Shown: piece by piece, positions 13,895-29,490 of the stretch | How the letters are laid out: each line of letters begins with the position of its first letter | Numbering within the stretch: position 1 is the stretch's first letter | From: the human T2T-CHM13v2.0 reference genome, Homo sapiens | DNA: 64,000 nucleotides | NCBI RefSeq assembly: GCF_009914755.1 | Contig: NC_060948.1 | Reading direction: 5' to 3' (one strand) | Made by a program: the position numbers and the translations under genes | The notes under the pieces: generated by a model | What the model was told of the DNA's origin: nothing | The model's database searches: none | The model's input: the letters and a program-made list of their open reading frames with translations, nothing else

Positions 13895-14190
13895 GTAAAA
13901 AATATATAAAAAATATATATACTATATGTATACATAGTAAGAGTATATATAATATACAAATATATATACTATATAAATATATGTGCCATGTAAGTATATA
14001 TGTGTATTTTATAGCATTATATAAACATATATACTATATAGTATCTAAATATATTATATATACTATATACAGTATCTAAATATACTATATATAATCTGTA
14101 CATAGTGCTTAAATACTGTGTATGTGTGTGCATATAGTATATTATCTATATATTGTATAGTATATATATATAATATGTATATATAAAATT
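13895..14190. repeat. (TA)-rich low-complexity tract
   Basis: Degenerate ATATAT/ATACT repeats. Confidence 0.85.
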
Positions 14191-14682
14191 ATGGTCAATT
14201 TGCCACAATCCAGTTACACTTACATCTATACTGTCTCTTGAAAGATAAACCAATGGACAACTTCCACTTTCTACTTTAGATACTGTTTTTATTGCCTAAG
14301 ATTTTACACACACATGCACACTCTCAGGAATACATTATGTATGGCTAAGGATGTGTGTAAAACAAATGATATAAATGTATAGTATGTGGTTCACACACAC
14401 AAACGCAATACATGCATCCTTGTATGTGTGTATCTATACATAACCATAATCTTGCAAATGACATAAACTGAATATGCTGCTAAGATTAATTGTGCTAAAA
14501 TCTGCCTCTATAATAGAAAATTTTTCTGCCATAAAGAAAACAAAACAATGTTTTAATGAGTGGTCCCTGAGGTATACACAATAGGTAACAGAGCATACAG
14601 TTTCTAAGAGTTTTATGAAACACAGTTACTGGATTTTTTCCCAATTTTCTTGATCAGTAGGAAGCATTTAGATATATTCACT

Positions 14683-14866
<184 letters not shown>

Positions 14867-16159
14867 TCATTTTATTATATGTTTGTTTTCCTAAGCCATT
14901 AAAGATGCTTTAAATGAAGTGTATAAGTAGCCTTTGAAAAATGTGTCAATATAAGCAAAGTACACAATGAGTCCCTCATCCATTCACTTCTTTTATTGGG
15001 AGACAACATTTTGTGATAGGTGAGAAAAGTTCACATCTGAAGCCAGCCTGATATAAATTCCAAGCTCCCCCTTACCAGCTGTTTAAACATTAATAAATGA
15101 TTTACTTTCTTCCTCTTTTCCCTCACAGGGCTTTAGGATTAGAATATCACTAATACATGAATCTCAGGACTTAAAACTAAACATTTAAAAAGAATATCAT
15201 TAATATCATACACCTGATATGAATACTATAAATAGATTTTGGTATCCCTATTTATCTACCACATATCTATTCATATCATCGGAAAGAAGTATTGCAGGAG
15301 ATTAAAAAAACAAATCAAATAACAGAAAAAAATAACAAATAAAATAACGCAACCATGTTCCATGAAGCAACGTGAGTGTCCAAGTAGATAGAGCTATCCA
15401 CTCTGCATCAAGAGAGGCAGCAAGAATTTCAGGTGGAAATGGGGAAGGCTGAATGAATAGTGGAGGGTGTGAGTAGGGAGTGTGTTGAAATAAGAAATGA
15501 CAACCCAAGTGTCAAGACTTCTCATTCACCTTCTGAAAGCCCAGTTAAGGCTCTTCTCACTGTCATGCATAAGTGAGTTGAGCTGCATGGCAGATGAACT
15601 TACTTTCAAGACAAAGAGTCTATAGTTTTGAAAAATTCCTTCCAGGTCCATGAATGTTTCTTTCCCATTCCATTTCCTAGAGGAAACAGAGGCACCAACC
15701 CAACCAGGATTTTACCATCAATCAGCAGGGAAATAGAATATTTGACACCAGTATATGAATACAAATTTTGTTAATATCCTTGGATTCATAGAAGGTCCTC
15801 TGGGAGGAAGGGAGATGAGAAATTCCAAAATATTTCATTGGAAATTTTCAGCATCTCAAACTAGCAATTTCTACTGTGTTGTACATACATTAGAGAATGA
15901 TTATATTTAGTGCTCATAAAACTGATCCTAGGAAAACATGATAATCATTTCAAAATGATGGGAAGAGGCATACACAAATATATTAGTTTCAACTTCAGCT
16001 CTTTATATTGCATGGGAGACCTCGAATTGGAACATGTTTGGGTTTTTTGCTTGTTTGTTTTTCTTTTTTTCTTCTTCTTTTTCTTTTTTTTTTTCAAAGA
16101 ATGTGTTTTATTTTATTTTTAAAATTTCAATAGATTCAAAGAAAGAAAACAATTTGTGT

Positions 16160-16520
16160 TTTCTTTCAAGATTTGTGTCCCTGTCCAAATCTTGTATCCA
16201 GTTGGAGGAGAGGCCTAGTGGAAGATGATTGGATTGTGGGTAGATTTCACTCTTGTTGCTCTCATGATAGTGAGTGAGTTCTTATGGGATCCAATGGTTC
16301 AAAAGGGTGTGGCACTTCAAAATTCACTCTCTCTTTCCTGCCACTGTAGGAAGAAGATGCTTGCTCCCCCTTCACCTCCTGGCGTGATTGTAAGTTTCCT
16401 GAGTCCTCCTAGACATGATTCCTGTTATGCCTGAAGAACTCTGAGTCAATTAAACCTCTTTTTTTAATACATTACTCAGTCTCAGGTAGTTCTTAAAGCA
16501 GTGTGAAAATAACTAATACA
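16160..16520 (+). mobile_element. ERVL-MaLR solo LTR (MSTA-like)
   Basis: CTCATGATAGTGAGTGAGTTCT, GATTGTAAGTTTCCTGAG, GAGTCAATTAAACCTCTT and the terminal ...ACTAATACA are MST/THE1 hallmarks. Confidence 0.85.
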
Positions 16521-16828
16521 GAAAACCACTCAATTCCCCTTCAGGCTAGGACTTTAAGCTTGTCTCTTGTCTCTGGAGCAAGAACTGCCCCTGAAATTCC
16601 AACTCTGTGATTCCGATCATTGTAGATAATCCCATTCCTGTCCCAACAATTATTGAATGTAGTAACTCCTAATTCTTTTTGAGAATCATGGACTTGGTCA
16701 TTGCTGCATTCCATATATTTCTTTACTTTATCTCCCTTTTAGAAGTAAAGATGTTACAGTGGTGATGGTGGAGATAGTGGTGGTGGTAATAGTGAAAAGA
16801 AGAGATAATGGAAACAGAAAATTGCCAT

Positions 16829-17135
16829 GGCTGGGCATGGAGGCTCACACCAGTAATCCCAACAGTTTGGTAGACCAAAACAGGATGATCACTTGAGCCC
16901 AGGAGTTCAAGAACTTCCTGGGCAATATAGCAAGACCTTATCTCTACAAACAATTTTTAAAAGTAGCCAAGGATGGCTACGCACACCTGTAGCCCAGCCA
17001 CTTGGGAGGCTGAGACAGAAAGATTTCTTGAGCCCAGGACTTGGAGGCTACAGTGAGCTATGATCATCCTACTCTACTCCAGCCTGGCTGACAGAGCAAG
17101 AAGGTTTCAATAACAACAATGAAAATAGAAAAGTA
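16829..17135 (+). mobile_element. AluJ
   Basis: TTGAGCCCAGGAGTTC in the left arm and CAGTGAGCTATGATC in the right arm; heavily diverged. Confidence 0.88.
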
Positions 17136-20100
17136 AAGAGAAAAATCACCATAAAAACCCTACTCTATTAACTACAGTCACCATCTATTGGTGGTTGACA
17201 AAATTATTGGGTGAAACTTGGAGAAAAAATATTAATAAAATACTGATTACTTAAAAAATATATATCTGAAGAGAGCTTTTAGTTACAAAAGTGGGCTTAG
17301 ATTTCAAAAATGACTTTCACAAAATATACTTTAAGTCATGGATATCTAAAAATCACAAATAGTCAAGAAAATTTTCTAAGAACTTTACTGACTTTGAAAG
17401 TGGTTATTGGAAGTCATAGCTTTGCAATGTGGAGATTCAATGGCACGATTGTGAGAACTTCAAAACCAATAATATGCTTTGCAAGTATTTGTACTGAATC
17501 AAAGATTCAAGGGCAATTTCAAATGATATATTTGTCACAAACCAGACATACAGGGTAGAAATTGTTTCAAAATACGTAATAGCTTGTTAAAGGTACTATT
17601 ACTGATACCAAGGAAAATGAAGTTTTCTACTTTTTAAACAGAGATTGGAAATATAGAAAATAATGCAAAGTAAAGCAGACAAAAAATATTCACACTTCCT
17701 TATAAGTGAATGATAAATCATATGTACCAATTGCCCACTTTTTGGTCTGGCTTGGCGGGGCCTCATCCCCTTGGAGCCCAGCAAGCAAATATCCACTGGC
17801 TTTAAATACTTGTTGCCAGCACACCAGCCTGAACTCAACCTGAGACTCATGAGCTTGGTTGGGGGAGAGGCATCAGCCATTGGTGAGGCTTGAGTAGGCA
17901 GTTTTACCCTCACAGTGTAAACAAAGCCTCAGGGAAGTTCAAACTGTGGGGAGCCCATCACAGCTAAGTGAAGCCACTGCAGTGAGACTGCTTCTCTAGA
18001 TTTCTGCTCTCTGGGCAGGGCATCTCAGAAAATATGGCTGCAGCCCCATTCTGGAACTTATAGATAAAACCCCCATCTCCCTGGAACCGAACACCTGGGA
18101 GAAGGGGTGGTTGTGGATGCAGCTTCAGCAAACTTAAAATGTCCCTGCCTGACAGCCCTGAAGAGAGCACTGGATCTCCCTGCACAGTGCTCAAGCTCTG
18201 CTAAGGGACAGACTGCCTCCTCAACTGGATCCCTGACCCTCGTGTATAGAGACTGGGAGACACCTCCCAGTAGGGGCTGACAGACACCTCACACAGCAGA
18301 GATCTGGCTAGCATCTGGTGAGTGCCTTGCTGGGACAAAACTTCCAGAGGAAGGAACAAGCAGCAATCTTTGCTGTTCTGTAGCCTCCACAAGTGATACC
18401 CAGGAAAAGAGGGTCTGGAGTAAACCTCCAGCAAATGCCAGCAGACCTGCAGCAGACAGGCCAGACTGGTAGAAGGAAAACAAACAAACAGAAAATAATA
18501 TCATCAATATCAACAAAAAGGATGCTCACACAAAAACCCCATCTGAAAGTCACCAACATCAAAAACCAAAGGTAGAAAAATTCATGCAGATGATGAAAAA
18601 TCAGTGCAAAAAGCCGGAAAATTCCAAAACAAGAATGCCTCTTCTCCTCCAAAGGATCACAAAAAGCTAGAAGATACTGGTGGCCAATATTCATCATTCT
18701 TAAATAAAATAATTTTTGACTCAGAATTTCATATCCAGCCAAACTAAGCTTCATAAGCAAAGGAGAAATAAAATCTTTTACAGAAAAGCAAATGCTGAGA
18801 GATTTTGTCACCCCAGACCTGCCTTACAAGAGCTCCTGAAGGAAACACTAAATATGGAAAGTAACAACTAGTATCAGCCACTGCAAAACTTACCAAATTG
18901 TAAAGATCATCCACACTATGAAGACACTGCAATGGGCAAAATAAGCAGCTAGTATCATAATGACAGGATCAAAATCACACATAACAATATGAACCTTAAA
19001 TGTAAACAGGCTAAATGCCCCAGTTAGAAGACACAGGATGACAAATTCAAAAGTGTCAAGACCATCAGTGTGCTGTATTTAGGAGACCCATCTCATGAGT
19101 AAAGACACATAAAAAGGCTAAAAATAAAGGGATGGAGGAATATTTACCAAGCAAATAGAAAGCAAAAAAAACAGGAGTTGCAAACCTAGTCCCTGATAAA
19201 ACAGACTTTAAACCAACAAAGTTCAAATGAGACAAATAGGGGCATTACATAACAGTAAAGGGACCAATGCAACAAGAAGAGCTAACTATCCAAAATATAT
19301 ATGAACCCAATTACAGGAGCACCCAGATTTGCAAAGCAAGTTCTTAGAGACCTTAAAAGTGACTTAGACTCCTACACAATAATAGTGGGAGACTTTAATA
19401 TCCCACTGTCAATATTAGAGAGATCAATAAGAGAGAAGATTAACAAGGATATCCAGAACTGGAACTCAGCTCTGGGTCAAGCGGACCTAGTAGACATCTA
19501 TAGAACTCTCCACCTGAAATCAACAGAATATACATTCTTCTCAGAACCACATTGAACTTATTCTAAAATGGACCACATATTTAGAAGTAAAAGACTTCTT
19601 AGCAAATGCAAAGGCAGCAGAAAACATAACAAGCAGTTTCCCAGACCACGGTGCAATCAAATTAGAACTCAGAATTAAGAAACTCAAAACCGGGAGGGCA
19701 GCCAAGATGGCGAAATAGGAACAGCGTGAGCGACGCAGAAGACAGGTGATTTCTGCATTTCCATCTGAGGTATTGGGTTCATCTCACTAGGGAGTGCCAG
19801 ACTGTGGGTGCAGCACACCATGCAGAAGCAGAAGCAGGGCCAGGCATTGCCTCACTCAGGAAGTGCAAGGGGTCAGGGAGTGTCCTTTCCTAGTCAAAGA
19901 AAGGGGTGACAGACGGCACCTGGAAAATCGGGTCACTCCCAACCTAATACTGTGTTTTCCAATGGGCTTAAAAACCTGGCACCAGGAGACTATATCCTGC
20001 AACAGGCTGGTAGGGTCCTCCGCCCACGGAGTCTCGCTGATTGCTAGCACACTAGCCTGAGATCAAACTGCAAGGTGGCAGCGAGGCTGGGGGAGGGGCA

Positions 20101-20695
20101 CCAGCCATTGCCCAGGCTTGCTTAGGTAAACAAAGCAGCCGGGAAGCTCGAACTTGGTGGAGCCCACCACAGCTCAAGGAGGCCTGCCTGCCTCTGTAGG
20201 CTCCACCTCTGGGGGCAGGGCACAGAAAAACAAAAAGACAGCAGTAACCTCTGCAGACTTAAATGTCCCCGGCTGACAGCTTTGAAAAGAGCAGTGGTTC
20301 TCCCAGCATGCATCTGGAGATCTGAGAATGGGCAGACTTCCTCCTCAAGTGGGTCCTTGACCCATGACCCCTGAGCAGCCTAACTGGAAGGCACCCCCCA
20401 GTAAGGGCAGACTGACACCTCACACAGCCGGGTACTCCTCTGAGACAAAACTTCCAGAGGAACAATCAGACAGCAGCATTCACGGTTCATGAAAATCCGC
20501 TGATCTGAAGCCACCGCTGCTGATAATCAGGCAAACAGGCTCTGGAGTGGACCTCTAGCAAACTCCAACAGAGCTGCAGCTGAGGCTCCTGTCTGTTAGA
20601 AGGAAAACTAACAAACAGAAGAAAGGATATCCACACCAAAAAACCCATCTGTACATCACCATCATTAAAGATCAAAAGTAGATAAAACCACAAAG

Positions 20696-21710
20696 ATGGG
20701 GAAAAAACAGAGCAGAAAAACTGGAAACTCCAAAAAGCAGAACACCTCTCCTCCTCCAAAGGAATACAGTTCCTCACCAGCAATGGAACAAAGCTGGACG
20801 GAGAAAGACTCTGGTGAGATGAGAGAAGAAGGCTTCAGATGATCAAACTACTCTGAGCTACAGGACAAAATTCAAACCAAAGGAAAGAAGTTAAAAACTT
20901 TGAAAAAAATGTAGATGAATGTATAACTAGAATAACCAATATAGAGAAGCGCTTAAAGGAGCTGATGGAGCTGAAAGCCAAGGCTTGAGAACTACAGGAA
21001 GAATGCAGAAGCCTCAGGAGCCAATGTGATAAACTGGAAGAAAAGGTATCAGTGATGGATGACGAAATGAATGAAATGAAGGGAGAAGGGAAGTTTAGAG
21101 AAAAAAGAATAAAAAGAAATGAACAAAGCCTCCAAGAAATATGGGACTATGTGAAAAGACCAAATCTACGTCTGATTGGTGTATCTGAAAGTGACGGGAG
21201 AATGGAACCAAGTTGGAAAACACTCTGAAGGATATTATCCAGGAGAACTTCCCCAATCTAGCAAGGCAGGCCAACATTCAGATTCAGGAAATACAGAGAA
21301 TGCCATAAACATACTCCTTGAGAAGAGCAACTCCAAGACGCATAATTGTCAGATTCACCAAAGTTGAAATGAAGGAAAAAATGTTAAGGGCAGCCACAGA
21401 GAAAGGTCGGGTTACCCACAAAGGGAAGCCCATCAGACTAACAGCTGATCTCTCAGCAGAAACTCTACAAGCCAGAAGAGAGTGGGGGCCAACATTCAAC
21501 ATTCTTAAAGAAAAGAAGTTTCAACCCAGAATTTCACATCCAGCCAAATTAAGCTTCATAAGTGAAGGAGAAATAAAATACTTTACAGACAAGCAAATGC
21601 TAAGAGATTTTGTCACCACCAGGCCTGCCCTAAAAGAGCTCCTGAAGGAAGCACTAAACATGGAAAGGAACAACTGGTACCAGCCACTGCAAACTCATGC
21701 CAAAATGTAA
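20696..21710 (+). pseudogene. L1 ORF1p remnant (stops/frameshifts)
   Basis: C-terminal part translates as RRATPRRIIVRFTKVEMKEKMLRAA...YQPLQTHAKM; the N-terminal part is interrupted. Confidence 0.9.
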
Positions 21711-21773
21711 AGACCATCAAGACTAGGAGGAAACTGCATCAACTAATGAACAAAATAACCAGCTAACATCATA

Positions 21774-25582
<3,809 letters not shown>

Positions 25583-27085
25583 ACAATGAGAACACATGGA
25601 CACAGGAAGGGGAACATCACACACCGCGTCCTGGAGACAAATAACAAGTTCTGAAATTGAGGCAGTAATTAATAGCCTACAGAAAAAAAAAAAAAATCTA
25701 GGACTGGATGGATTCACTTTAGAATTCTACCAGAGGTACAAATAGTAGTTGGTACCATTCTTTCTGAAACTATTCCAAACAATAGAAAAAGAGGGACCCT
25801 ACCTAACTCATTTTATGAGTCCAGCATCATCCTGATACTAAAAACTGGAAAAGACAAAACAAAAAAAGAAAATTTCAGGCCAATATCACTGGTGAACATT
25901 GACGTGAAAATCATCAATAAAATACTGGCAAACCAAATCCAGTAGCTTGTCAAAAAGATTATCCAACACTGTCAGTTCAGCTTCATCTCAGGAATGCAAG
26001 GCTGGTTCAATATACACAAATCAATAAACATAATCCACCACATAAACAGAACCAATGACAAAAAACACATAATTATCTCAACAGATGCAGAAAAGGCCTT
26101 TGACAAAGTTCAACATCCCTTCATGCTAAAAACTCTCAATAAACTAGGTTTTTATGGTATGTATCTGAAAATAATAAGAGCCATTTATGACAAACCCATA
26201 GCAAATATCATACTTAATTGGCAAAAACTGGAAACAATTACTTTGAAAAACAGCACAAGAAAAGAAAGCCCTCTCTCACCACTGCTATTCAACGTAGTAT
26301 AGGAATTTCTGGCCAGGACAACGAGGTAAGAGAGAGAAATGAAGAGTATTCAATTAAGAAAATAAAAAGTCAAATTGTCTCTGTTTGCAGATGACATGAT
26401 TGTATATGTAGAAATCCTCATTATCTCAGCCCAAAGTCTCCTTAAGCTGACAAGCAAGTCTCAGGATACAAAATCAATGTGAAAAAATCACAAGCATTCC
26501 TATACACTAATAACAGATAATCAGAAAGCCAAATCATGAGTCAGCTCCCATTCACTATTGCTATAAAGGAATAAAATATCTAGGAATACAACTCACAAGG
26601 GATGTGAAGGACTTCTTCAAGGAGAACTACAAACCACTGCTCAAGGAATTAAGAGAGGACAAAAACAAATGGAAAAACATTACATGCTCATGGATAGGAA
26701 GAATCAAATCATGAAAATGGCCATACTGCCCAAAGTAATTTATAGATCCAATGCTATCACCATCAAGCAACCATGACTTTCTTCACAGAATTAGAAAAAA
26801 CTATTGTAAACTTCACAGGGAACCAAAAAAGAGCCCACCTAGCCAAGAATACCCTAAGCAAAAAGAACAAAGCTGGAGGTATCAAGCTACCTGACTTCAA
26901 ACTATACTACAAAGCTACAGTAACGAAAACAGCAAGGTACTTGTACCAAAACAGATATATAGACCAAAGGAACAGAACAGAGTTCTCAGAAATAATACCA
27001 CACATCTACAGCCATCTGATCTTTGACAAACTTGACAAAAATAAGGAATGGAGAAAGGATTCCTTATTTAATAAATGGTGTTGAA

Positions 27086-27591
27086 TGCCAAGTTTGTACT
27101 GCAGATTCTGGCCAAGAAACAGATGAAAGAAGTAAGCAGATTCAGGTATTTTGCCTGACAGAGCAGCTAAGGGACTGCATGGCTTAGCACAGCTGATGAG
27201 AGTGCAGCTGCAGCAGCCTCAGTAAGCCAAAGATGCTCACATTTATTTTTGTGTAGATCTGGGGACAAAGGCCTGGAGCCAATGCAATTTGTAATTAACA
27301 TGGTTGACCCCCCAAGTAGAGGGCAGTCCTGTGCACGAATGATCAAAGGTTGGTTTCTGGAGACATAAGTAAATCAATTTATCTGATAAGTTCCTTTACA
27401 TTCCCTTGTTAACTACCCTTTACCCTAAAGAGAATTTAGCTGTCATCAGCTAAATTTAACTCCAGAATTTAGCTTCTGTCATCAGCTAAATTCTCTTCTG
27501 AGGTTTTTCAAAACCTCCTGGCCTTCCAAGAAGGTTTGTGTCTTTCCCTATTAACGTTTATAAATTTTCCAACCACTCTGATCAATCTACA
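27086..27591 (-). repeat. 3' LTR of provirus (LTR22-like)
   Basis: TGCCAAG...TCTACA, aligns by eye with 33022-33518. Adjacent polypurine tract at 27592-27605 (minus strand AAAAAAAGGGGAGA). Confidence 0.92.
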
Positions 27592-27649
27592 TCTCCCCTT
27601 TTTTTGTGTTTTTTTTTTGCATCAGATTTTGTTGTTTGGAGAGTACAGA

Positions 27650-29490
27650 TGTGTGCAGCAACAGGTTTGTCAGGTGCAGCAGTTATAATTCATATTCTGG
27701 CTTTGAATCCTGGAATTAGTAAATAACATAAGGAAAACATGAGTATAATCAGTAATATTCTTTTCTAATCAAAGAGTGACCCCCCAGGAGTGGCGTTCTA
27801 TCCAGAAGAGATGTTCTTGCACATCCTTCCATATGGCTGTTTGTTGGGTGTATAGATGTACAGCATTTAGAGACTCTAGAATTTTAGTTTTAAGTTTCTT
27901 TACATCTGTGGTTAAATTATAATGTAGGGCTCCCCAGAGGTGTTGTTTTACCTCATCCTAACTATGTATTGATTGATTCTAAGATAGAGAGGTGACACAG
28001 ATATGTTTATGACACCTGTCACAGTTTAATTGCTGTTGGAATGTCAGTGCATCTTTCCAATCCTCTACATATTCCAAGGCAGCCTCAAGGGCTTGCAGTC
28101 ATGCAAGCATCTTTTGATCTATATCCTGCTGTAAGAGAAGCTCATTAGACATATTTATGTCTAAGTTATATATAAAGGTAGCTGTTTGTACTGATTCAGT
28201 AATAGAGGTCACAGCAACACTAGCAGTTGCCAAGAGACTATGGCTGAGACTCTAAAGACTATAAGTGTGCCTATGAATCTTTTGGGTTTTGCTTGGAACA
28301 GGGCACGTTCTCAGGTGGCAAGGGCAGAGGGACCTTACTAATCATGTGTCAAATTGACTGATAGAAATGCCTCAGCTTGCCTCCTTAATACCATGACACT
28401 AGTAATATTTAAATTAGATATATTATAATTAGTGATACCTGAGGTGAACCAAGCCTGTCCTTGCATTTGGGTCACAAACGTGTAGTTTTGGGGTGTAATG
28501 GATATATTTTTCTCATAAAGAAAATATATGGATAGGTAGTGTAAATCAGGCACTGATCTTGTGATTATGAATAAAGGTCATAGTATAATTGTTACTGAAA
28601 TTACAATATATCCTATGTCAGGTGTTAAGGGAGATGCTAAGATGTCCCAGGCACTGTAGGGTATCTTGGGATATCACATCCCTGCATTGGCCCAAATCAT
28701 AGGGGAATAGGACATGGCTAAAAAACTGTGATTGATGCCATCAGGGATTTGGACATCAGTATGGTCGCCCTGCAAATGGCCTTGGGGGCTCCAGTCTAAG
28801 ACATTATAATTGTCTAACTGGAGGCTACAAGCTAGTCCCCCATGACAGACCTCCAAGCCAAAGTGGAATCCATTACTTTGTTCTTTAGTACAGGAGGAAA
28901 TGTTGGGGAAAGTGGCATTAGTTGTATATCCAGTTTGAGGCTACCTGCAACCAAGAATGTTAAGGCATTTCCTTTGCCATAACGTAGCTGTAATTGTGTT
29001 TGGGCAGGTACTCAGTAAGGGTTAGAACTTTTATAACTTATACTTAGTGGGAGGATGGTGGAGTGATAGGTAGTGTTACCTGGCACCTTAGTCCAAATTG
29101 TGTCATTAATGAGGGACCCCACTGGGAGTAAGCCAATCCAATCCCTCCTAGGCAAGCAGTTACATTATTAGAGGATGAGAGGGTGTGTCTGCTCAAGTAA
29201 TAGGGAAGATGAAAGGCGGATCTAAGAGCTAAGCCCAATACAGTGTAGCAGTTACGGGTTGCAGACAAAGTGAGAGCATAAAAAAGGATAAAAACCCTAC
29301 ACGAGTTGCAATGTACAATAGAAAGCATAGAAAGGAATAAATTACATGAAGTGAATGTTGTCTGTATCCAGAGCAGGATTCGCTCAGTCTTCTGAGTTGT
29401 CTTTTCAGCATCCCCCAGTTAATGTCTGGGGCTTGTGTCATCTGAGGAAACCACGTCGTCCAGGGCTGCAGGTCCTGCAGGGTCATTTTC
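27650..29490 (-). pseudogene. ERV env remnant
   Basis: Minus-strand KPKR/FIGTLI furin site and fusion-peptide start at ~28260-28290. Signal-peptide-like TQAPDINWGMLK in ORF 29229..29486. Boundaries approximate. Confidence 0.75.
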
